A stretch of 64,000 bases of DNA from Candidatus Poribacteria bacterium (GTDB lineage: Bacteria; Poribacteria; WGA-4E; WGA-3G), in contig CAXXLX010000001.1 in assembly GCA_963665235.2 (NCBI GenBank), positions 3,872,001 to 3,936,000 on the forward strand. The letters are read 5' to 3'. The notes beneath the pieces were generated by a model that was not told where the DNA came from, did not search any database, and worked only from the letters and a program-made list of their open reading frames with translations. This document shows, one piece after another, positions 19,349 to 30,800 of the stretch. A program made the position numbers and the translations under genes. Position 1 is the first letter of the stretch. Every line of letters starts with the position of its first letter.

Positions 19349-21532
19349 TTAATTCTGTTCAGTACTGTCGATTTTCAAATCCTCAAATGAGTTTCCATCC
19401 GTGTCGGTGATGCGGAGATAGAATCCCCAGCCGCCTATCTCCTCACATACCTTGATGAGAATGCTGTTTTTGCCTGCATTTAGGGTTACAGGAATAGTGT
19501 AATTGTCAATTTCTGCCGTATTCGTTTTCGTGTGTGAAAACACCTCTATCCCGTTCAACCAAATTACTCCTTGGTCATCGGAGTCAAATCGGAGTTGAAC
19601 TTCGCGTTCATCTGGGGAGGTTACAATTGCGAATGCATAAGCGATGCGCCAATCATCCTCTTCCCCGAGGCTGATGTAACCGTTTAGGATTTCATCTGCA
19701 TGTTTCCGCCAACGTATTTTCCCATATTTCCCATCGTATTCTGTTGTAGGGTCAATCTGTGGTAAATTTTCTGGGATGTACACTGTATCATATCCGATGC
19801 CATCCGTATTATCAAACGGTCCGAGAATTATCCAATCATCTTCTGCAACGAACCCGGTTTTTTGAATAAGTTCTTTCGCTTTTTCGGGCGCGTCATTTTC
19901 TCTGTAGAATTGCGCCAAAGCGAAAATAGCATTGAAACGTGCCGATGGATTGTGAGGCATATCGGCGATTAATCTCTCTAGCATGTCAACGTAACCCTCT
20001 TTATTCTTTACACGTCTTCCGATAGCGACGAGCCGGGCGAACCACTGACGTTCAAGATAAGGGGGTAATATTTCATCTAAGTTCGCGGCGATGACTTGAA
20101 AAGCCGCCTCATATATTCCATTGATGAGGAGTGCCTCGGTAAGGGTGAGTTCGTAAGCGAAACTTAATCTAAGCTCTGAGGCGTGCAGAGCGAATTCCAA
20201 AGCAACTTTAGGAAAAATGTTTTTGCTAAGTAGTTTTTCAGCTAGGGTGTGATATTCATCCACCCGCGCTCGCCTATTGATTTCTCTTTTTCGGATTTCA
20301 ATCCATCGCGTATAAGCAATTTCAGCTTTTTCTGTCTCACCAGCAGCTTTGTAAGCATCCCCTAAGAGCTCGTGTAGAATGGCACTTTTTTCCATTCTTG
20401 GTCTCAGCTCTTCAAGCAGCGTAACGAACGCCTCACCTGCGTCTCTGTCAGTGTAAAGTTTGTGGAGGGCACGAATTGCGTCGTTATGTTCGGCTTGTGT
20501 GAGGTGTGCGTCCAAGGCACGCAGATAGAGCTTTTCTGCTTCAGCAAAACGTTCGGTTTCGATATATATTTCGGCAAGATAACGGTAAGCCTCATAATAG
20601 TTAGTTTCACGCGTGAGGAATTCTTGATATGCGCTCGTTGCCGTGGCGAGTTGTTCCGTATCGGTTATGGCAACAACGGGCCGGATGTAATCAACCAGTT
20701 TTGCAGTGCCTATCAGTCTTCCATGGTTCCGATTCGGTGATGCATCGGAGACAATTCTGTCCGTTTGTTCGTCAAATTTCCAATATGCGACTAAACCGGG
20801 TTCATCGCCGTTAAGGTGTGCACGCATATCGGCGCGGATGTCAGCCTCAGTACGTGCGATATTCCAGACCCGTACCTCGTCGATGTTACCTACAAAAGCG
20901 GCGTGAAACGCCATTTCCTCTTCATGTGAACAGCCAATTCGGAGTGGCAGGATAGTTTTAAGGATATGTTCCTCCCCGTCAAAATCATCCATTGCGATCT
21001 CAATACCGTTTATATATAGTTTCATGACATCTTTTTCCGCATCAATGGTGCCTGCCACGTGGGACCATTCGTTTATCTCAAGTGCTCCTGGGCGCGACAT
21101 AAGGTATTGTGCGTCTTGCCCATTTGGAGATGTATCAAATTGAACAGCCCCATCATCCCTTAGCCAGAATGTGAATTGGCGATGCCTGATACCTGGGAGT
21201 CGCTTGTTACCTTTGAAAAGGATATTGGTATATCTTTTTGGAAAATCTGTCGGTTTGAGCCATGCGGATACCGTTACCTGTTTCGTAATGTTGTTTAATG
21301 TCTCACTGTCAAAGATTTCTACATAACTATCGTTGCCATCCAGTGCAAGGGCAGTATTCACGACAACCACATCGGATTCGGAAGGTTGACCGGTTTTTTC
21401 ACCATTTGCCCCCTCCTGCGCGAAAATGGGGGTGAAAACCGAAGAACTCAAGACGAACAGAGATAGGATGCAAATGAGCACTTTTTTGGTTCCAGAAACC
21501 TTCGGAGAGTGCCTACTACTCCGTTTTAGCAT
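19349..21532 (-). CDS. Secreted LamG + TPR + C-terminal beta-sandwich protein
   Basis: Signal peptide; ALALDGNDSYV...IDEVRVWN LamG; TPR helices; WIILGPFDN...SDDQG...GGWGFYLRITD domain. Confidence 0.85.
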   Translation of the reverse strand: MLKRSSRHSPKVSGTKKVLICILSLFVLSSSVFTPIFAQEGANGEKTGQPSESDVVVVNTALALDGNDSYVEIFDSETLNNITKQVTVSAWLKPTDFPKRYTNILFKGNKRLPGIRHRQFTFWLRDDGAVQFDTSPNGQDAQYLMSRPGALEINEWSHVAGTIDAEKDVMKLYINGIEIAMDDFDGEEHILKTILPLRIGCSHEEEMAFHAAFVGNIDEVRVWNIARTEADIRADMRAHLNGDEPGLVAYWKFDEQTDRIVSDASPNRNHGRLIGTAKLVDYIRPVVAITDTEQLATATSAYQEFLTRETNYYEAYRYLAEIYIETERFAEAEKLYLRALDAHLTQAEHNDAIRALHKLYTDRDAGEAFVTLLEELRPRMEKSAILHELLGDAYKAAGETEKAEIAYTRWIEIRKREINRRARVDEYHTLAEKLLSKNIFPKVALEFALHASELRLSFAYELTLTEALLINGIYEAAFQVIAANLDEILPPYLERQWFARLVAIGRRVKNKEGYVDMLERLIADMPHNPSARFNAIFALAQFYRENDAPEKAKELIQKTGFVAEDDWIILGPFDNTDGIGYDTVYIPENLPQIDPTTEYDGKYGKIRWRKHADEILNGYISLGEEDDWRIAYAFAIVTSPDEREVQLRFDSDDQGVIWLNGIEVFSHTKTNTAEIDNYTIPVTLNAGKNSILIKVCEEIGGWGFYLRITDTDGNSFEDLKIDSTEQN

Positions 21533-21583
21533 AGAAATAACCTCGTATTGTTTAACGGCACACAGCGTGTCCCTACTACTTTA

Positions 21584-21892
21584 ACCTAAGTTGCCACATA
21601 GTAGCATAATCTTCCAGATTGTGCATATTTGTGTGCAAATTGGAAGTGAACGGGACAAATTAGCTAATTATCACGCGAGTTTGAAAAAAGTTTTGACCTA
21701 GAGCGTTCTCTGGTAGTTTTAGCAAAAAACGGCACAAACTAGGAAGTTTATGCTACAATTATACCGCTTTTTTCGCGGTGAAAAAGGTTTAGAGCAAACG
21801 GATATTTATTATCAAGCTCACGTTAATTATCAGCATATTTTCATTATAGAAGGTGTTTCCAGGTCTAAAAACTTATAAGTAGCAACTTGGGT
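21584..21892 (+). mobile_element. MITE-like family B (copy 3) with nested family C element
   Basis: B ends ACCTAAGTTGC...GCAACTTGGGT with 7-bp target duplication TACTTTA; interrupted at ~21673-21821 by ACGCGAGTTTG...CAAGCTCACGT flanked by a TAATTATC duplication. Confidence 0.8.
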
Positions 21893-24800
21893 TACTTTAC
21901 CAGTTTCAAATCCGTAAACGGGTTTCCGTTTTGGTCAGTGATGCGGAGATAGAATCCCCAGCCGCCTGTCTGCTCGCATACCTTGACGAGAACGCTGTTT
22001 TTGCCTTTTTTGAGCGTCACAGGAACAGCGTATTTATCAATTCCTGCAGCATAGGTTTGGGTATGTGTAAACACCTTTTCACCGTTTAGGTAGAGTTTGC
22101 CCTGGTCATCGCTATCAAATCGGAATACGACCTGCCGTTCATCCGGTGATGTAATAGTTGTGAAGGCATAGGCGACCCGCCAGTCAAGGTTTTTCCCGAG
22201 CTCGATATAACCGTTCAAAACATCATCGTTAACTTTTTGCCAGCTGACGTATCCATTTCCCGCAGCATATTTTGCAGTCATGTCAATCTGGGTTAGATTT
22301 TCCGGGATGTAAGCGGTATTGTAACCGATACCATCGGTATTGTCAAAAGGCCCGAGATGCAGCCATTCATTTTCAGTGACGAAACCTGTTTTTTGAATCT
22401 GTGCTGCTGCTTCTTCATGCATATCATTTAGTTGATAAAATTCAGCCAGTACAATTTGTGCGTTTAGCAGGGCGGTTGCTTTGCCGGACATAGCCTCAAT
22501 TAATTTCTTCAGCATATCAATGTACCCGTGTTTGTCCTTTGTCCCTCTACCGATTTTGGCGAGCCGTACGAAAATGTCACGCTCAACAAATCCAAACATA
22601 TCGGTGTTTAGACCGCGTTCATACTGGACCAATGCATTCTCATGCTGGTCATTGGCGAGATATGCGTGTGCTAGGGTCACAACATAACTTGAGTTGGAGC
22701 TGCTTTGTGCAGCGCGTTCCGCATATTCCAACGCCACTTCTGGATAAACACCCCTTCTAAGCAGTTGTGTAGCAAAATCGTGATAGGTCCGGGCATCTTG
22801 GCGTTGGTTTATCTCTCTCCGTCGAAGTCGAAACCACTGTGTATTGGCAACTTCGGCTTTATCAGCATCCCCCGCTTCTTCGTAGGCATCGCCTAAGAGT
22901 TCATAGAGACGTGCACTGTTTTCTATTTTTTCTCTTAGTTCTTCAAGGAGTGCAACGCCTTTGTCTTGCTTCTCCGTGTTAGCGTAAAATGCCCAGATAG
23001 CTTGAATTGCATCATCGCGGTTACGCTGTGTAAGGGGTGCATCCAATGCCCGGAGATATACCGCCTCTGCATCTGATGAACGGTCCTGTTTCGCATAGAC
23101 CTCTGCTAAAGAACGGTATAATTGATAAGAGGTTGGGTCAATTTCAATCGCTTTTTCATAAGCTGCAGCTGCTTTTGTTAATTGCACACTTCTTGTAGTC
23201 TCGAAAATTGGACGGGTGTAAGGTGCAAATTTGGCATCTCCGATAAGTCTGCCGTGATTTTTATTAGCGGAAACGTCAAGGACCACTCCTTCCGTTTCCC
23301 CATCAAGTTTCCAGTATGCAACCAAACCGGGTTCATCCCCCTTCAGCTCCGTATTCATATTTGCGCGTATTTCAGCGTCTGTGCGTGCGATATTCCAAAT
23401 ACGCACCTCATCCATGAAGCCGACGAAAGGCGATTGTGTCGGTCTTTCCTCCTCATGTGTCCAGCCAATCCGAAGCGGGAACTGACTTTCATAAAAACTT
23501 TGTTCACCACTCAAGGTAGTACTGCCTACCTCAATTCCGTTGATAAACAGTTTTATGGAATCTCTTTTGGCATCAATAACGCCAGCGATGTGATACCATG
23601 TGTTGAGTTGAACAGTTCCGGTATCTGAATAGTATGACCTTTGTCCGCGTCCGTCCGGCGAAGAAGCGATTTGAACCTTCCCATCCTCTCGAAGATACAA
23701 GATATAGCTTCGATGACTGAAATCTGACGTTAGTTCGTCCCCTTTAAATATGATTGGCGTATATCTGTTCGGAAATGCAGTCGGTTTCATCCAAAGGGAT
23801 ACCGTCACCTGCTGTGTGATATTTCTCAAGGTGTCGGTGTTATCTACCTCTACGAAGCTCCTATTTCCATCAAGTTGCAGGGCGGTATTTTCAAGGATTT
23901 CTCCTGTTGGATGTTGCTGCACAGTTCCCGTTTGATAGAGCTCGCCTAATTTCTGCTGCCATTGTGCGGTATCAGGTTGGAGTTCGCTGAGCTTCTGATA
24001 TTGTGCAATTGTTTCATCAATCTTGTTGACCTTTTCATAAGTTTGGGCGAGCGCGAGACGTGCGTCTGGGTCATTAGGGTTTTCCTCAACCTTTTTCAGC
24101 AGTTTGGGTATCCATTTTTCATAAAGGTTGCCCAACCTTGATGCACTTTCTATCCTCTTTCTGGCTTCCTCTCTATCCCAAGAATATCTCGCCATGTTTT
24201 CCACTTGCTGATATGCATACACAGCTTCTTCATATCGTTTTGCGGCATATAAACTTTTCGCGAGAAGTTGGTATGCAGATTTTTCGGGTGAACCTGTACG
24301 GTATATCAGCATATCGACATTTTCAGCGATTGCAGCATCAGCAAATTTAATTGCCGGGTCGTACAATTTACCGTTGTAACAGACATCCCCGAGCTCTTCA
24401 AGGAGAGAGCTACTTCCCTTCCGATGGCTGACTGAAAGCGCGCTTTCACCTCGGTTTAACATCTCGTTCGCTAACTCAGATTGTCCATCTCTATTATATG
24501 CAGCAGCTGCGTTGTAATAGCTAAGAACGTTGTCGGGTTGTAGTTTGCTGATTGCTTTATACATCTCAGCAGCCTTGCCGTGGTCGTTTGCCCGCTTGTA
24601 AATTTCAGCAAGCATTTCCATATCATTAATAATATCCTTGGGCTCGTTCTCAAGTCTTGCATTAAATATTGATTTCAAAGTCTCAAGTTTGTTTTCCTTA
24701 TCGTAAGCATTGATTAGTCTGTTTCTTGCCAACTCAGCAGAATTGGAAATTGATACAGAAAAGGCGAGTTCATCATGCGTTTTGATGGCTGCCTCGTCAT

Positions 24801-27800
24801 TACCGAGTTTAGTGTAAATATCAAGCAATTGTTCATAGATTCTTTCGCGTTCGTAGCTATCAGAAGTCATATCAAGTGCCTTTTCATAGGCGGTGCTTGC
24901 CTCGGTGAGTTTTCTCTGATTTCGGAAAGTGTCTGCGCGTGCCTTTTGCATATCAAACGTAAGCGCGCCTTCATTCTCCGCCTTCTGTCCTGTCTCTTCT
25001 GGATTTTCCTGATTGTCGGAAAGTTCTAGAATTTCCCGTTGAATCTTCTCACGTTCATATTCTTGTCCAGTGAAACGTAGCGCCTCTTGGAACGCCTTTT
25101 TGGCAGAATCCTTATCCTTTTTTCGGAGATGCAGTGCAGCCAATTCACGATAACGTTCCACGTTCCCGGGGGCAAGTTCGATTAATTTTTGGTAGGTAGC
25201 GATTGCTTCATCTATCCTGTTATCATCCGCATAGAGTTTTGCTTTGCGGAGGTAATTGCTAGCATTGTCAGCGTCGCGGTTGATGTATTGTTGCGCGATT
25301 TCAAGTGCCTTCTCAATTTTACCAGCTTTTTGATAAGTACGAACAAGTCCATCCTGAAACTTTGTATTGCCTGCATCTTCGGAGAGCAGCGCCTCCCAAG
25401 TAGCAACTGCTTTATCGTCCTGATTTTGCGTTGTGTAAAGCGTAGCAAGTTGCGCGCGAGATTCGAAGTCTTCAGGCATCACCTTTTCTAGATGTGTATA
25501 GATGAGTAAAGCTTCTTGTGTATCACCACGCTGTGCGAAATCCTTTGCCAATGTCCGCAACGTACCAATGTCCATATTTTCTATTTTATCTTTTAGTTGG
25601 ACTGGACTGGAAACATTTGCGCGTCGCTTTTTAATAGCGACCAACTGTTCCTCCGCCTCTCTGCGATGATAGGATACAACTGAAAGATCATTAACGACTT
25701 TAGTCAGAAGGGGTTCAGCGTCTTCCCACATTTGGTTATGCATGTAGATTGATGCGAAATTCATATATTCAATGAAGTCGCCTCTCCCGGAACGAAATCT
25801 GAGTCTTGCCATCTTTCGGTATGCATCTTGCGCTTTCTCCTTTTCACCTTTTAGTGCATAGCTCATTCCGAGTCTATAATAGATATCCCATGCTCCTTCG
25901 GATTTTTGCACAATTTTCTCAAGGATTTGAAATTCCCGTTCTCGTCCCCCCGCGAGCCGATATGCCTCCGCCAAATTGCGGAGTTGTCCTATATTAAATG
26001 CGTCAGCATCAAGCAGTTGGTCCGTATGTTCATCTGCGCCTTTCAGGTCATTCGCTGCAATTTTCATTTTAGCAACGAAATAACGTAAGTTTTGATCTGT
26101 CGGGTTTTCTGCAAGTTTGGCTTCATATTCCTTGATGAATTGGTCCAATTCACCGTATAATTTATAGAAACGGGTCAACATTTCTAGGGTCGTTTCCTGT
26201 GAATATGCTTCCTCGTCAGTTTCTAGGAGGTCCCGCAACATCCGGATAGCTTTCTCATATTCACCCATGGCGGCGTAGGCATCTGCTAATTCGTGATAAT
26301 AGTAAGTCTGACTTGTCGGTTGTGCTTCGATGAGTTTTTCATAGATTTCGATAACAGCGTTGTGATTGTTTATGTCCTTAAGCTCCCTCGCCACATCTCG
26401 TGCAAGTTCGTTACTGAAATCATATCCGACAGATGGCATAATCAGCTCTTTGGATAGGGCGATAAGTTCGTCAACCTTTTCTGCCTTAAAGAAGCTTTCA
26501 ATTGCATCCCAGGTATCGTAACCGAGTGAATTTGGGTTATCCTTCAGCAGTTTGAGGTATTGTGGGACAGCCTCTTCATATTTTCCTCCCCGATACAACA
26601 TCTCCGCGTAACGTTTACGTGTAGTACTGTCTGTAGGTCTTAATGAGAGTGCGGTCTTGAATGCTTCTGATGCCTTGTCAATTTTGTCTTTACCTTCATA
26701 GAAAGCCGCCAAATTCATAAACGCCTTGTGTGAGTTGGGATTCTTTTCTGTAGCTGCTATTAATAACGTCTCCCGTTCTTGGGTAGATTTTGATTGGTTC
26801 GTTAGATGAGTTGCCTGCTGCCGTTTCCAAATAGAGAGCGTTTGTCCGTATCGGTCGCGTTGATTTGCGAATCGTAGGGCGCGTTCAGCCATCCGCGCGG
26901 CACCCTGGCCTCTCCCGAGTTCTTCTAAAAGGCGGCTTAAATCCATAAGAAAATCAGCATCTCGTATCCCCATCGCTAGGTGCATCGCTTTATTCATAAT
27001 AGCAGTCGCATGTTGCGTATACCCCGCACTTTGCAGCTGTTTCGAAAAGGTATAGAGTTCACGCGCGCTAGTTGGCGAATTCAGAAGTTTACCTATTAAA
27101 TCCCGAACAGCGACAGTATTCCCTGTCTGTAATGCCAATTTTAGGGTCAGGTCATAGTATTGACGGCGATTTCGTGGGTCAGCTACGGCAAGTTCCTCAA
27201 GTAATTGGAGCGTGCCAGCATGTTGTCCCGTTTGAATGGCGATAAACACAGTGCTGAGTTTGATCGAGAGGTCATGCGGAAATTCTTTCTGTAACGGGAC
27301 AAGGACTTCTTGCGATTTTTCGCGCTCCCCATTCCACCAATAGCAGTAGCTAAGGGCTAATCCTGAGAAGATTCGGTTTCGTCCTACCGCCGCATCAAAC
27401 GTAGTCCGCAACTTAGCGTATAAAACCTCAGGTTGATTTTTCAGCCACAATTGCCGAGAAAAATATTGCAGATACCGAAACCTACTCCCCTCGTAATAGA
27501 CAGTTGTTGTAGGAAAGATAGTCTGAAGAGATGCTCTGCTGGAAGAGAACGAACTTGTTGGTAGGAATGCTGTCCGTCGCGTGTTTGTGATTTGAGGTTG
27601 TGTTTTCTCACAGTAAGTCCAGAAGAGCTCAATCGCCTCGTCATACTGTTCCAAATTAAGGTATGCATCGGTAACCTTATCATAGAGCGAGCGATACTTC
27701 GCCTGTTGTGGTTGTGTTGGAATAGGCAACTTATCAATGATTCGCACAGCAACGTCAGTTTTCTTCATCAGTACAAGCGTCTCAATAAGTGCGTCTACGG

Positions 27801-30800
27801 TGTTAAGGTCCATCAACTTTATATCTTCAAATTCACCAATCAATTTTTCTGCTGCGTCCTTTTGTCCCTCACGATACCGTTTTTTGATATATTGGAACGT
27901 ATACCAAAGGCGTGTGTCTTGTGTTAACCCCGGGAGGCTATTCAGATATTTTTCTAACGTTTCAGAAGGTAGGTTTTTCTGAATTGCCCCATTTAATCGG
28001 ACCTCTTGGTATGTAAAATCGTTTGGAGATGCAGCAATCAATTGCTCAATCGTCCTATCTATTTTCTGGGTGTTCCCGGTCAAGGTATAGATTTGTGTCA
28101 AGATTTCAAGCGTTTTAATGTCCTTTGGGTTGGTTTCGAGATAGGTTTCGTACTGCTGAATAAATTCATTGAGTTTACCGTGTTGCTGAGCGATTGTGCT
28201 CAAATGCACGAGCGCGCCTGCCTGCGCCTCCTCAAAACTTTTTGGGAGCCAGCCATGGACGTTTTGTCCGAGATAGGATTCACCTTGAATCTCCCAGATT
28301 AGATCTAGCGCGAGTTCAAATTTGTTGGGGTCAATGCCGGGAGGTTTAGTTTGCGTTGCTGTTATGTGTCTACTACTCGCTTCCGGTTTCGGCATCGATA
28401 GGATTCGCTGGAAATGGGTCCGGGCGCGTTCGAATTCGCGCATACCCACCAACAGCGTCCCTACTTTGTAGTGTGCAATATGCGCATCTGCCCCTGAAAT
28501 TTTATCCGCTGCGCGGTCAATAACAGAAAGTGCCTCATCTAGGTGTCCATGCTGGATTAGCAGTACCGTCAGTTTTATCTCCGCGTCAAACGGCTGGTTT
28601 TTTGCATGGAGTAGCTTTGTCCAGGCTTGAATAGCTTCCTGCTCGCGTCCTGCATCAAACAAAAGTTCCCCGATTCGGCGTTGATGACTTGGGTCCGGGT
28701 GTACTGTGACGAGTCGTTGTTGGTATGTCAGCGCGTCTTGGTTATCGCCGAGGTCAAGGCTAATGTTCACGAGTTGTTCCAAGAGGTCAGGATTTTTGCG
28801 TTCTCTATCTAATGCCCGTGCAAGTTGGAAGCGTGCATTCTGCAAGTCTCCCTCCATCCGGTAAAGTTCAGCAAGTGCTAAGATAGGTGCAACGCCGCCG
28901 GTGTTGGATTTTGCCAGCTGCTTCAGTTTATTCTCAAACTCCGCACGCCGGCCTAGGTCGTAATATGCTTCGGAAAGCGGTTTGACAAAAACGAGTTTAT
29001 CGTTGACGGTATCACTCAATTCCCAACATCGCCAATATTGTGCAATTGCCTGTCGCGGTTTACCTGCAAGTTTGTAAGTCGCTGCCAACTCCTTACGGAT
29101 ATCAATTGCTTCCGGCTGTAAACGGAGTGCCTGTTTGAAATTATCTACGGCACTCTCATAATTTTCGGACTGTTTACCGATTTCCGCGAGCAGCTGATAC
29201 CCTTCAGGATTGCGTGGACTATGGGCTATCACCTGCTTTGCTGTAGCTGTAGCCTTTGTGAAGTCCATAACGTCTATATGCGACCGCGCAATATTGGTAT
29301 AGTATTCCCGGGCATTCGCGCTGTCAACTTGAATAAGATGCGTATAGATAGCATTCGCCTCATCTCGCTGGTTCTGCTTTGTATACACCGCTGCTAGCCA
29401 TCGATTGATAATTACATCGTCAGGTTGAAGTGCCTTTGCCTTCAAAATGATTTCAAGTGCGTAAGTCCTATTGCCCAGCTTGAGGTACATCTTTGCGAGC
29501 CGTTTCTGCTGCGTGAATATGTCCGCAGGTGTCAGGCCCGATTTTTCTAGTTCAGCTTCCACTGTTTCTATTTTGGAACGTAGGGTGCCTTGTCGTCGAT
29601 AGAGTTCAATCCGCTGGTTATCCATCTCTTCAGCAAAGAAGGCGTTCGGTGCAAGTTTTGCTGCTTCGGTAAATTCTGTTAGTGCTGCATCGAAATCCCC
29701 ATTTTTCATAAGCTGTTTCGCCAACGTCTCACGATATCCATAGACATCGGGCATCAATTCAACAGCCTTGCGGCTCGCAGCAATTGCCTCGGTGTGGAAA
29801 TTTTTCGCATTGAGGAGTTTTGCCAACCGGGCGTAATTCTCAGCGATTTCCTTGTCGCCCTCGACCATCCTATTCCATGTTTCAATCGCTTTTTCGCGAC
29901 TGCCTTGGCGAAGGTAGAATTCGCCGAAATATGCAATATAGTCCAGATTATCGGGTGATAGTGATAGCACCTTTTGGTATGCCGCAATTGCATCCGCTAT
30001 CCATTCATTTCCGGTGTAGATTTCAGCGAGCAGGAGATGGGTGCTTTCATTTTCCGGGTCGCGCGCAAGCATTCGCTGATATGTAGCCCGGGCTTTGGCT
30101 TCGTCCTCCACCTGTAGATACAATTCACCAAGTTCGCGGTAAATACCGAAATCGTCCGGGGTTTGTTCAGAAAGCACTTCGTATTCGGCTGCTGCGTCGG
30201 TGAACTTTTCAGCGTTGCGAAGCGCAGCGATAAGGTTTAAACGTAGAGTCGCGTCTGTCGGGGCAAGTTCTAGACCCTTCCGATATATATCTATTCCCTT
30301 TTCAAGCTGCTGATTTTCGACGTAAGCGGCTGCCAGCAAACCCATAAGTTCCGGCTCATTCGGTATGGTTTCAAGTTTTCGCTGGTAATACGCAATTAAG
30401 CCTTGCCAATTATTATCGGCAGCAAAAATGCCGATGATGCGGTGTTGTAAATCTTTCCGCAGCCAATTGCCGGGGGCAGTCAATGCAAGGGCGGTATCGT
30501 AGCTTTGAATAGCGTTTTGATAATCGCCTTTTGCCTCATAGATATTCCCAATTTCTCGCTGACTCAAGCAGACACGGTAAGGGTCATCCGCTTTGTGCCG
30601 AATAATTGCTTCATGTTGTGCAATTGCCTGCTCGTACAATTCCTGCTCTCGGAAAAGTGCAGCGAGTTCAATACGTGCAAAGATGTCTTGTGTATCTAGT
30701 TCAGCAATTTTGTGCCATGCTTGAATCGCTTCATCGACCCTGTCTCGACGGAAATATGCATGTCCAAGTGCCTTGTATATTGCTGTTAATTCTTCGAGGG

